Assembly: GCA_964543815.1 (NCBI GenBank)
Contig: CAZIZG010000001.1
Span: forward strand, 39,828 to 103,827
From: an uncultured Bdellovibrionales bacterium
GTDB taxonomy: Bacteria > Patescibacteriota > Minisyncoccia > Moranbacterales > UBA1568
Direction: 5' to 3'
DNA: 64,000 bases
Notes under the pieces: model-generated
Databases searched by the model: none
What the model was told of the DNA's origin: nothing
What the model saw: only the letters and a program-made list of their open reading frames with translations
In this document: in pieces, positions 1 through 8,594 of the stretch
Layout: each line of letters opens with the position of its first letter
How positions within the stretch are numbered: the stretch's first letter is position 1
Translations under genes and position numbers: made by a program

Positions 1-39
1 AACAATTGGTGATATAATGGGGAAAATAATGATACTTTT

Positions 40-342
40 ATGGAAAAACAACCGCAATCTAGCGAACAATCAGTACAGATCAAAGCGAGCGACGAGAAAC
101 TCAAAGGGGAATACGCCAACCTGATGCGGGTTCATCACACCAAGGAAGAGTTTGTTATGGATTTCATCAATCTTTTCGAGCAGTTTGGCACCCTTAATGC
201 CCGCATCATCGTCAGTCCCGGCCACATGAAACGCATGATTACAGCATTGGCGGAAAACATTGCCCGATACGAAACGCATTTCGGTAGCGTCGAACCATCG
301 GAAGCACCGTCTCACAAAATCGGATTTGAAAGTAAAGAATAA
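40..342 (+). CDS. DUF3467-family protein
   Basis: 100 aa; GxYANxxxVxHTxEEFxxDF...ARIIVSPGHMKR pattern typical of DUF3467; TGxTATAAT upstream. Confidence 0.8.
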   Translation: MEKQPQSSEQSVQIKASDEKLKGEYANLMRVHHTKEEFVMDFINLFEQFGTLNARIIVSPGHMKRMITALAENIARYETHFGSVEPSEAPSHKIGFESKE

Positions 343-365
343 AAAAAGAGACTGATAAGTCTCTT
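341..365 (-). terminator. Intrinsic terminator for the 393..740 gene
   Basis: AAGAGACT-gata-AGTCTCTT hairpin with a left-side A-run (U-tail on minus). Confidence 0.6.
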
Positions 366-392
366 GTCAGGACCGAGGCGCCTCGTCCTTAC

Positions 393-740
393 TTACTTTG
401 ATTTCGGTGATAGAGGCACAAACCTGATACCATCCTCCATGAGGACAATCTGACGGATTTCCGTGTTATCGTCACAAAGATTACCTCGACTGGAGTCAGA
501 GATGAACATCTTGGCCTTCCCTTCTGTAGCAAAGGTTTTGAGCCGCGGCCAATAACGCTCATCATCAGGATTCGGGTCGAGAGGGTTTTTTGCAGGAACC
601 TTCTCGAAGAGCGCTTTTTCTTTAAGCAGGAAGGCTCTCTCTAAGCTCCCCCAGCGGCAAACATCGTAGGGATAGGCAAGGAGCCAGGGAGCATCTGGAT
701 GCATACTCCGGTAGAGCACGAAACCTTGGTATTCATTCAT
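393..740 (-). CDS. Orphan hypothetical protein (SD-led cassette)
   Basis: 115 aa ORF; GGAG 6 nt before ATG; TTGACG upstream; terminator downstream. Confidence 0.6.
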   Translation of the reverse strand: MNEYQGFVLYRSMHPDAPWLLAYPYDVCRWGSLERAFLLKEKALFEKVPAKNPLDPNPDDERYWPRLKTFATEGKAKMFISDSSRGNLCDDNTEIRQIVLMEDGIRFVPLSPKSK

Positions 741-854
741 GGCTTACTCCAGCGTAAAAGGACCATTCCAATGGAATTACCTTGGCACAATATTTTTTGT
801 TCGTCAAATGACTTTTAGAAAGAAGGGTCTTAAAAAATATGATAAAATAAATCT

Positions 855-1433
855 ATGAGAAACATCCTTCTCGCTGCTATTATTCTCTATATCTTTTCGC
901 TTGTTCTCCCGGTGATGGTTTACCGACCGGATACTCTCGACAATGAAAAGTACGGGTTCTGCTCACTGGCTACCCGTGATGAATACCGCTGCCTCAAGAA
1001 TGGTGCCGATTATTCCTGCGTTCGCATTGATTCGGGAACACCTGTTCGCTCGGATACGATGAGTCGTACTGACATCACGACTTACTGCGGGACCGGCTGG
1101 GACGAACCCGAAGCCCGCCAGGAGTCTGGCTGGGTTGCCCTCACCACTCACTGGCGATTTTTTCAGGCCGGCCTCTTTAGCTGGTATGCTCATGTCTTTC
1201 TTCTTTTGTCTTTCCTCTTTGCCGGGTATCACAAACCACGCTCTGCTGCCGCATCAGCTCTTTCCGCTCTGGTCCTCACCGCAACCGCTTTTCTTGTAAC
1301 ACGTCTACCGCGAATGGGCGGGGGAAGCGATCTCGTCGTTGACCATCTCGGTATCGGATATTTCGTCTGGGTGACAGCAATCGCCCTTTTTGCGTGGTAT
1401 CATATAACCAATCTGTTTAAAAAAGTAAACTAA
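855..1433 (+). CDS. Membrane protein with a Cys-rich extracytoplasmic loop
   Basis: N-terminal TM helix, loop with 4 Cys, three further hydrophobic segments. Confidence 0.7.
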   Translation: MRNILLAAIILYIFSLVLPVMVYRPDTLDNEKYGFCSLATRDEYRCLKNGADYSCVRIDSGTPVRSDTMSRTDITTYCGTGWDEPEARQESGWVALTTHWRFFQAGLFSWYAHVFLLLSFLFAGYHKPRSAAASALSALVLTATAFLVTRLPRMGGGSDLVVDHLGIGYFVWVTAIALFAWYHITNLFKKVN

Positions 1434-1448
1434 TTTATTTCTTGTCCT

Positions 1449-2396
1449 ATGGAGTATCTCACGCGTCTCAAGCAACTCATCGTTCGACCCGAATTTTTCA
1501 CTACCCACCAATTTCTTTTTCGGTCTGGAGTCAAATTCTATGCCATGCTCCTTCTCATCTTTATCGCTGCCAAAGTAGTGTTGGCGCTTCCAGCCGTTGT
1601 AACGTTTTTTCAGACTGTTTTTTCTGAAGAATGGCACAAACAACAAAGTATCATTACCGAGCTTTATCCCGCTGAGCTCGTTCTCACAGTAAATGATGGA
1701 GTTATTTCAACCAATGTCTCCGAGCCGTATGCCATTGCGTTACCAGGGGAATGGCAAGAACAGAATTATCAGGAGACAGCAAAAAACCTTATCGTTATCG
1801 ATACCACCAAGCCTATTGATACGGGGGATTTCGCAGCCAAAGACACGATTCTCATTCTCAGTAAATACGGTTTTGGTTATCATGACCCGGCCAAAGGAGA
1901 GTTCCGCATCTATGACCTCAGGGACAAGAATTGGCATGAGAATTTTACTCTGACCCAATCAATATTCTCTGAGTTCGTCACTAAGGTCGGCTCGATGATA
2001 AAGTGGCTCCTGTTTGCTGGCTGTGCCATACTTCCGTTTTTTCTCTACGCTCTTTTCTTTGTGCTCTATCTCATCTATCTTCTCTTTGGAGCAATGATTG
2101 TCTGGTTGGGAGCGAAGCTTCGTGGTCATCAGTTGACCTATGGGCAAGCCTATAGCGCAGGATTCTATCTCCTCCCAGTGCCGTTTCTCTACGAATTTAT
2201 TTCATCCTTTGTGTTTACTGAACCAAACTCTGGTATACCATTTGCGTTCACCCTCATTCTGTTGGTCATGACCCTCGTTAACTTTCCAAAAAAACCCGCT
2301 ACTCCCGCTATCGCATCAGAGACATCTACTGTAACAGCCGTAGATACTCCAGTCGCCAGTGTGGCCTCAATCGAAAACCAGAGCGAGACAAAATAA
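1449..2396 (+). CDS. DUF1189-like multi-pass membrane protein
   Basis: N-terminal TM, soluble loop (P..L.V.DG...T...EPY, IVIDT), three to four C-terminal TMs. Confidence 0.65.
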   Translation: MEYLTRLKQLIVRPEFFTTHQFLFRSGVKFYAMLLLIFIAAKVVLALPAVVTFFQTVFSEEWHKQQSIITELYPAELVLTVNDGVISTNVSEPYAIALPGEWQEQNYQETAKNLIVIDTTKPIDTGDFAAKDTILILSKYGFGYHDPAKGEFRIYDLRDKNWHENFTLTQSIFSEFVTKVGSMIKWLLFAGCAILPFFLYALFFVLYLIYLLFGAMIVWLGAKLRGHQLTYGQAYSAGFYLLPVPFLYEFISSFVFTEPNSGIPFAFTLILLVMTLVNFPKKPATPAIASETSTVTAVDTPVASVASIENQSETK

Positions 2397-2432
2397 AAAC
2401 CTCGGCGATATTTTCGCAGAGGCAGCAACGAT

Positions 2433-2789
2433 TCAGGCGGCGACCAACTGCCTGAGCAACAGCACCGGCGTGAACACTAGACCCGGCTTGACTCCTTCGA
2501 AGTGATCAAAGGATCTGAAGTCACACCGGAACAGAGTTTGCCCCTTGTCGTTCATCTTGTGAACCAGACCGAGCTTGACGGTACCAGCGGTTGCAGACCC
2601 CTGGTACAGACCATGCGCTTCCAACTGGCCAGGAGCATTGAAGTAGAGGGCGTAGGTGCCCTGGTACAGGTGGGTTACCACGACCTGTTCAGCCGGGATA
2701 GGTAGGTCGTGCTGATCGAGCACAACCGCAAAGGCCGCCGCCGCATAACGGGCGACGTCACTCGTGGGGGATAGAGCTGTGATGCTCAT
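2433..2789 (-). CDS. Orphan hypothetical protein (SD-led cassette)
   Basis: 118 aa, GC-rich; GGAG SD; promoter TTGACA(2857-2862)/TATACT(2835-2840); hairpin plus U-run at ~2395-2422. Confidence 0.65.
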   Translation of the reverse strand: MSITALSPTSDVARYAAAAFAVVLDQHDLPIPAEQVVVTHLYQGTYALYFNAPGQLEAHGLYQGSATAGTVKLGLVHKMNDKGQTLFRCDFRSFDHFEGVKPGLVFTPVLLLRQLVAA

Positions 2790-2896
2790 GGTGCTTCTCC
2801 GCAGTTGATAAAGGGACTGGAATTTGATGCCTCCAGTATAGGCCGGAAAACCAGAATGTCAATATGGTAAAGAAAAAACCTGGCTGGCAATACCAG

Positions 2897-3523
2897 TCAG
2901 GTTAGGTGGTCTTCAGGAAAGAGCAGTTCTTGCCTGAGTGATCGGTAGAAGCACCGTGGTGCTTCTAGGTCATGAACACACGAATCCCCAGTGCCATCAT
3001 CGCCCTCTAGAACAAAGCAGAAGTCACGACTGGCCAAGAAATGACTGGCAATCCAGTTCTTGCCTGGAACCAAGGCTAGTGCTGAGCTGTGGCGAGCGGC
3101 CTTCATCTCCCGTACCGCCTCACGCATGAGAGCAGTGCCGAGACCTCGACGGCGAAACTGCTTAGCGACGTACACCCCCGTGAGAGCGACATCTTCTGGC
3201 GTGATAGCTCGCCACTCGAGTAGCCCTGCCAGGTGCTCCCGGCCGTTCTTGCTCATCACTCGAAGCCAGAGCACTCGTCTCGCCTGTTCGGCGAGATTGG
3301 TAGAGTCAAACGGCGCCGGAAATGTCGGGAGCTCATCACCCACACTGTGCGAACCTTCACGTGAGAGCTGATCCAGCCCGTACATGATGAGAGCAGCATC
3401 GGGGTGGTTGGTCCGAAGACGATTGAGAAAGGTCTCTTCGAGCCCGACGGGAATGACGTACGATTCGATGGTCATCCGTCGATAGTGTTCCGATGGCGGA
3501 CCACGATAAACGACGTTTTTCAT
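2897..3523 (-). CDS. GNAT-family N-acetyltransferase
   Basis: Acetyl-CoA motif A VYVAKQFRRRGLGTALM; NxxAxxF motif; AGGAG SD. Confidence 0.8.
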   Translation of the reverse strand: MKNVVYRGPPSEHYRRMTIESYVIPVGLEETFLNRLRTNHPDAALIMYGLDQLSREGSHSVGDELPTFPAPFDSTNLAEQARRVLWLRVMSKNGREHLAGLLEWRAITPEDVALTGVYVAKQFRRRGLGTALMREAVREMKAARHSSALALVPGKNWIASHFLASRDFCFVLEGDDGTGDSCVHDLEAPRCFYRSLRQELLFPEDHLT

Positions 3524-3627
3524 GAAATCTCCTGATCGCGATGCTCTCCTTGAGCAGCATCGTTGGTTGTAAAACTACTTCTCATTTCTCGGATTTGCTC
3601 AATACTTCAAGCTATCGTCGAAAGACT

Positions 3628-3656
3628 GTTATATCCTATATTTGTCCTATTGTCAA
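3628..3656 (-). promoter_or_regulatory. sigma70 promoter of the GNAT gene
   Basis: TTGACA-17 nt-TATAAC on the minus strand. Confidence 0.7.
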
Positions 3657-3687
3657 GGACCAAAAGCTATGGTAGAGTAGCAAAACT

Positions 3688-4032
3688 ATGGAAGAATTCA
3701 CTGAAAAATCAGATAAACGAGCGACTATCAAAGTCTGCCTCGAACCCAGCTGCTGCCGACAAGGGGCACAGAATGTCATGACCGCCCTCAAGCTTGGTTT
3801 TGCGCCCGAAGAGGCGGTGATTCTGCCGGCTTCCCGTTGTCTTTCCGGTTGTGGTATGGGACCAAATATCGCTGTCAACGATAATATCATCCGAAGAGTG
3901 ACACCCGTCTCTGTTGTTGAGACCGTCCGAACAGAACTGAACAATCCTTCCTGCAAAGCAGATGGTATAGGCTCACGCAGTATCGATGAACTCGAAAGTG
4001 TTCTCGATGATATCCTGCCTCTAGACAAATAG
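3688..4032 (+). CDS. Thioredoxin-like [2Fe-2S] ferredoxin
   Basis: VCxxxSC...CLSGCGMGPN motif (NuoE/2Fe-2S thioredoxin-like family). Confidence 0.8.
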   Translation: MEEFTEKSDKRATIKVCLEPSCCRQGAQNVMTALKLGFAPEEAVILPASRCLSGCGMGPNIAVNDNIIRRVTPVSVVETVRTELNNPSCKADGIGSRSIDELESVLDDILPLDK

Positions 4033-4100
4033 CTTATTGTGTGATTTAATCTACCGTCGCAGATAAAACGACATCACCCTTCCTTAACAAGGAGACAGCT

Positions 4101-4868
4101 ATGGGAAGAATCGCAACGCTCGCCATTTTCACGGCTCTGGTCGTGAGCTATACCGCTGCAATCGGCCAAAAGCTCGATACTACGGACGCGCTCTGCGCGC
4201 TCAATCAAACAGCGCCGGATACCATGAATAAATTTTCGGTACCGTTTGGAGCGCAACATCAGAACGAGAAGGTCTGGCGTAAAACAGCGCCAGAGGACTT
4301 TCACGCGGTGCTCGCACTCATGCAGGCAGTGAGTGTCGCTCCCTGTCAGCTCCAGGCTGGCCAGGAAGCCAAGCTCTTCATCCGGGCCATCCGCCTCATT
4401 GAACGTAACCCCGAAACAGGGGATGAGGTGGTTGTCAGTGAGGTCACTGATTTCAGTCGGAAGAGTGGAGCCTTCCAATTCAAAGGAGAGCTCTTTCAGC
4501 GCTTTCCGCGATGGTACGAAGGGACCTCGGCACAACCAACGAGTGGGATGCTCTCACGAGATGAAGAGTCACTGGTTATCGATTTGGCCAAATCGCCTCT
4601 CACCATTTATCACGGCTGGACCGACCCCAAAGTAAAGGCCGTACCAGGGCGGTACTACCTGGTTGAGATGGAGGTCAAACTGACTGGCCTGGCTCGCCTT
4701 CAGATGGGTATCGACTACTGGCGCGAAATCAACTCGGCCTACAATACCTTTGATACACGGTGCCAGAAGAGTAACAACTGCGAAGGACACCTGTCCCACT
4801 GGTTCGGCCCCGCCAAAGATGGTGGCTGGCAAACCATCCGTACGCCGGATACTCTCAAGGGAAAATAG
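4101..4868 (+). CDS. Secreted orphan protein (SD-led cassette)
   Basis: Signal peptide; aromatic, beta-rich mature region; AAGGAG SD; terminator 4884-4909. Confidence 0.7.
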   Translation: MGRIATLAIFTALVVSYTAAIGQKLDTTDALCALNQTAPDTMNKFSVPFGAQHQNEKVWRKTAPEDFHAVLALMQAVSVAPCQLQAGQEAKLFIRAIRLIERNPETGDEVVVSEVTDFSRKSGAFQFKGELFQRFPRWYEGTSAQPTSGMLSRDEESLVIDLAKSPLTIYHGWTDPKVKAVPGRYYLVEMEVKLTGLARLQMGIDYWREINSAYNTFDTRCQKSNNCEGHLSHWFGPAKDGGWQTIRTPDTLKGK

Positions 4869-5023
4869 CTTCCCTATCCTTTCAAGCGCTTCTCACGAGG
4901 CGCTTTTTTCTTTGCCCTACATAATTCACTCATTCACTGGTGACGAAACACTCGGGGTAAAAACACAGGGATTGTCAAAGATAGGGGAAATATGGTACGG
5001 TACCACCTTAACCCCTCACCCCT

Positions 5024-5335
5024 ATGACTCTGCCACACTGGCTCACAAAAGGAATCGCTTCGCTCCATACGATATCGATCAACATGGTTCGTCACGAATA
5101 TACTCCCCGAGGACTGGCTTTGCTTTTTATCGGGGCACTCTGTACCGGAGCATTCATCAAATTGCTCGTTCATGACAGGATCACTATGGGCTATGATGAC
5201 TATACTCTCTCACGTGACAAGACCATACTCGACCTCAATATCATTCAAAAACAACTCATCCATGAAGGAGGAACTCTTGCCACGGACAAAGCAGACACCC
5301 CAAACGGCCCCTCTTGTTCCGAGGATCGGCCCTAA
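5024..5335 (+). CDS. Small single-TM hypothetical protein
   Basis: One hydrophobic helix; co-oriented 18 nt upstream of the DsbA-like gene; start uncertain. Confidence 0.5.
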   Translation: MTLPHWLTKGIASLHTISINMVRHEYTPRGLALLFIGALCTGAFIKLLVHDRITMGYDDYTLSRDKTILDLNIIQKQLIHEGGTLATDKADTPNGPSCSEDRP

Positions 5336-5353
5336 CTCCCAGAACTCACTCCT

Positions 5354-6397
5354 ATGACTACCATTGAAGAAACGAATAACGAAGTTACTACTTCTCAAAC
5401 CAGGAAGCAGAACCTCCTGGCTCTCTCCATCCTCCTTGGTGGATTGTTCATCGGTAGTCTGTTTGTTGATTTCGTCCAACTCCTGCGCGGCGAGGGTTTT
5501 TCTTCTTGGGCCACTCAAACACATACCGTACTTGAGGCAGCCGGCAAAACCTGGGTGGGATACAGTGACCCCAAGGTGTCGCTTCAGGTGCTCACTGATA
5601 AAAACTGTACCACTTGTGACCCGAATGAAGCGCTCGTCTGGCTCCGACGCGTCATCCCAACGCTTGAAGCCACCCGAGTTGATATAAGTGATTCTTACGG
5701 TCAGACACTCGCCGAACGCTTCGGCGTAGTAACCCTGCCGGCCTTCATTTTTTCCAAAGATATCCTCCATACTGATTTCTATTCTCAGGCATCAAGCCTG
5801 TTTGTCGGCAATGAAGGTCGCTACTTTTTTGATATGAGTAAAATCGGTTTACCCGCAGGGCGGTACCTCAAGCAACCAGTAATCGATGAACATACTATCG
5901 TAAGCGGCCCGGAAAAAGCCAGACTCACCATCGTAGAATTTTCGGATTTCGAATGCTCCTATTGCGCCACGCTCCATCGTAACCTCAAAGAAGCAGTTCG
6001 CTCCTACAAAGATGAACTCCGTGTTGTCTATAAACACTTCCCGCTTTCGTCTCATGCCCAGGCAACCAATGCCGCTCTCGCCGCCGAGTGTGCTCATGCT
6101 CAAGGCAAGTTCGATCTCTACGCAGACTACCTTTTTTCCAAGCAGGCAGAGTGGAGCAAAGTAAAAGGCACACAAAAATTCAAAGACTATGCCTGGTGGC
6201 TCAAACTCGACGGCCGAGCCTTTAGTGCCTGTCTGGAAAGCGGTGAGTACCTCGAGCAAATATCTCGCAATAAAGAGGAGGGGACCAACCTCCTTCTCAC
6301 GAGTACCCCAAGTACCTTTATCGGTGGTACACTCCTCGATGGCGCCGTAAGCACGCAAGTAATCAGGGATATCATCGATCAGGAGCTGGCTAAGTGA
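5354..6397 (+). CDS. Membrane-anchored DsbA-family protein with two thioredoxin-fold domains
   Basis: N-terminal TM; CTTC in the first domain; IVEFSDFECSYC, YKHFPL and STPSTF in the second. Confidence 0.85.
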   Translation: MTTIEETNNEVTTSQTRKQNLLALSILLGGLFIGSLFVDFVQLLRGEGFSSWATQTHTVLEAAGKTWVGYSDPKVSLQVLTDKNCTTCDPNEALVWLRRVIPTLEATRVDISDSYGQTLAERFGVVTLPAFIFSKDILHTDFYSQASSLFVGNEGRYFFDMSKIGLPAGRYLKQPVIDEHTIVSGPEKARLTIVEFSDFECSYCATLHRNLKEAVRSYKDELRVVYKHFPLSSHAQATNAALAAECAHAQGKFDLYADYLFSKQAEWSKVKGTQKFKDYAWWLKLDGRAFSACLESGEYLEQISRNKEEGTNLLLTSTPSTFIGGTLLDGAVSTQVIRDIIDQELAK

Positions 6398-6401
6398 CCA
6401 T

Positions 6402-6433
6402 AAAAAAACACCCCGATTTGCTCAGGGTGTTTT
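6402..6433. terminator. Bidirectional intrinsic terminator
   Basis: AAAACACCC...GGGTGTTTT hairpin between the convergent DsbA gene and tRNA locus. Confidence 0.65.
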
Positions 6434-6505
6434 ATATTGGAGCCGATAACGGGGTTCCTACCCATCAACAGAGAAGAAACCAGGAATAAAACTTTATTTT
6501 TTGAG

Positions 6506-6578
6506 AGCCGTCTCGGAGGATCGAACTCCGGACCTTGGCGTTACGAATGCCACGCTCTACCAACTGAGCTAAGACGGC
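6506..6578 (-). tRNA. tRNA-Thr(CGT), CCA not encoded
   Basis: GCCGTCTTAGCTCAGTTGGTAGAGCGTGGCATTCGTAACGCCAAGGTCCGGAGTTCGATCCTCCGAGACGGCT; full cloverleaf with anticodon loop TTCGTAA. Confidence 0.95.
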
Positions 6579-6608
6579 TCTCAAAAAATAACTGACGCGT
6601 GCAGTTTA

Positions 6609-6623
6609 TCCACCTTTGGTGGA
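6609..6623. repeat. Short palindrome TCCACCTTTGGTGGA
   Basis: 6-bp arms, 3-nt loop; related to the palindrome at 6640-6655. Confidence 0.6.
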
Positions 6624-6639
6624 AGTGCGCCGCTCTACC

Positions 6640-6655
6640 TCCGCCAGCTGGCGGA
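6640..6655. repeat. Perfect palindrome TCCGCCAGCTGGCGGA
   Basis: 16-nt self-complementary sequence sitting in the D-loop of the outer tRNA remnant. Confidence 0.65.
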
Positions 6656-6741
6656 ATGAGCTCCATCGGCACTCTGGAAATTCTATACTACTCGTAAAAA
6701 AGATTCAAGGGAGGGCAGAAATATGCTATACTCTACATCGT

Positions 6742-7834
6742 ATGACTGACACGATTGAACGTATCGAAGTTCTTCAACAAAAACTCCTGCAATTGCAGGA
6801 CTATCTTTGACTTCGCCAAAAAAGAGGTGAGGCGAGAAGAGCTCAAGCAGGCCAGTGTGGATCCGCGTTTTTGGGATGACCCCAAAAAAGCCGGCCGAGT
6901 GATGCAGGAAATCGAAACCATCGAACGAGAGCGGCAATCGTTTGAAACACTCAAAAACTCGTTAAGTGATTTACGCGGTTTCGCCACGGAAGCAACGGAT
7001 GCGGCAACCGAAAATTTCCTTTTAGAAGAACTCTCCGGCGCTGAAACCGCCATCCACGACTGGGAGTTTCGCACCCTGCTCGGCGGTGACTATGATAATG
7101 CCTCAGCCCTGGTCACTCTTCGAAGCGGTGCTGGTGGCGTCGATGCTCAGGACTGGGCAGAGATGCTCATGCGCATGTATCTCCGTTATGCCGAACGGAA
7201 AGGATTCAAGGCTAGCGTTATCGATGAGACACGTGGGGCCGAAGCCGGCATCAAGAGTGTGACGCTTGAAATTGATGGTGTCTACGCCTATGGCTACCTG
7301 CGGGGGGAAGCTGGGATTCACCGCCTGGTACGCTTGTCTCCCTATAATGCCAACAGCCTGCGTCAAACCTCGTTTTCTTCAGTCGAGGTTATGCCGGTTA
7401 TCGAAAATGATGATACGACTATCGTTCTCAAACCCGAAGACTTACGCATTGATACCTATCGCTCCTCGGGAGCAGGAGGGCAAAATGTCAACAAAACTGA
7501 GAGCGCTGTCCGGATTACGCACCTCGCTACCAATACGGTCGTCGCCTGTCAGACGGAGCGTTCACAGCTCCAAAACCGTGAACAGGCGATGCGACTCCTT
7601 CGCTCCAAGCTCCTCCAGCAAAAACTAGAAGCAGAAGCAGAGGAGAAACGAAAGCTCCGCGGGGAATACAAAAGTGCTGAATGGGGCAATCAAATCCGCT
7701 CCTATGTCCTTCATCCCTACACTATGGTCAAAGATCATCGTACCAATACCGAAACCAGTGATACCGCCAAGGTTCTCGACGGCTCGCTCGATGAGTTCAT
7801 CGAAAGCACTCTCCGTTATCTCAAATCAAAATAA
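6742..7834 (+). CDS. prfB: Peptide chain release factor 2 with programmed +1 frameshift
   Basis: ATG 6742 runs to CTT TGA C (6805-6811); the +1 frame carries SPY (SPF-type), GGQ and WGNQIRSY. Confidence 0.95.
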
Positions 7835-7858
7835 CATAAACCATCTTTTCATATATCT

Positions 7859-8560
7859 ATGCCCGAACAGAAGCCCATAATCCGTTTTGAAAATGTGAGC
7901 AAAATATACGGAGCTGATACCACGGTTTTGAAGGGGGTCAACCTCGTCATTTATCCCGGCGAATTCCTCTCACTGGTGGGGGCTAGTGGCGCTGGCAAAT
8001 CAACACTCCTCAAGCTCATCTATGCCGAGGAAGATCCGACTGAGGGTGAAGTATATTTCAACGAGCGACCCCTCAGCCATATCAATCGCAAACACCTCCC
8101 TTTTTATCGACGTAACATTGGTACGGTTTTTCAGGATTTCAAGCTCCTCCCACAAAAAACAGCCTTCGAAAACGTCGCCTACGCCCTCGAAGTAGATGGT
8201 CGCAGCCAGGAAGAAATCGATGCCGAGGTGCCGGAGATTTTGGAAATCGTAGGACTCGGAGACAAGATGGACAAATTTCCGAACCAGCTCTCAGGTGGAG
8301 AGCAGCAGCGGGTGTCACTGGCTCGTGCCCTCATCCATCGTCCCAAGGTTATTATCGCTGATGAACCGACTGGTAACCTCGACCCGCTTTCTTCAAACGA
8401 AATCATTCGTCTCCTGCTTGAGATCAACTCATTCGGTACTACCGTCATCCTCGCGACTCACAACAAAGGGGTTGTCGATAAACTCGGTAAACGCGTGATA
8501 TTCATCGGCGAACATCATATCGCCCAGGATCAGAGCAAAGGAAAATATATGTTACAATAA
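7859..8560 (+). CDS. ftsE: Cell division ATP-binding protein FtsE
   Basis: [34 protein letters not shown]; precedes ftsX. Confidence 0.92.
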   Translation: MPEQKPIIRFENVSKIYGADTTVLKGVNLVIYPGEFLSLVGASGAGKSTLLKLIYAEEDPTEGEVYFNERPLSHINRKHLPFYRRNIGTVFQDFKLLPQKTAFENVAYALEVDGRSQEEIDAEVPEILEIVGLGDKMDKFPNQLSGGEQQRVSLARALIHRPKVIIADEPTGNLDPLSSNEIIRLLLEINSFGTTVILATHNKGVVDKLGKRVIFIGEHHIAQDQSKGKYMLQ

Positions 8561-8594
8561 ACATATCATTCACTTCGTGAGATAACAGAGCAAC

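Larger units (their letters stand above)
6438..6670 (-). pseudogene. Split/degenerate tRNA-Thr-like gene enclosing an intact tRNA-Thr
   Basis: 5' half GCCGATG-GA-GCTC...GGTA-GAGC-G-GCGCA (6670-6626); 3' half ATGGG-TAGGAAC-CCCGT-TATCGGC-T-CCA (6465-6438); the acceptor halves pair. Confidence 0.65.

Noticed and set aside
6616-6810. 64-aa ORF and the 6755..7834 ORF as two separate genes
   Set aside because: They are the two frames of the frameshifted prfB (ATG 6742, shift at CTT TGA C).
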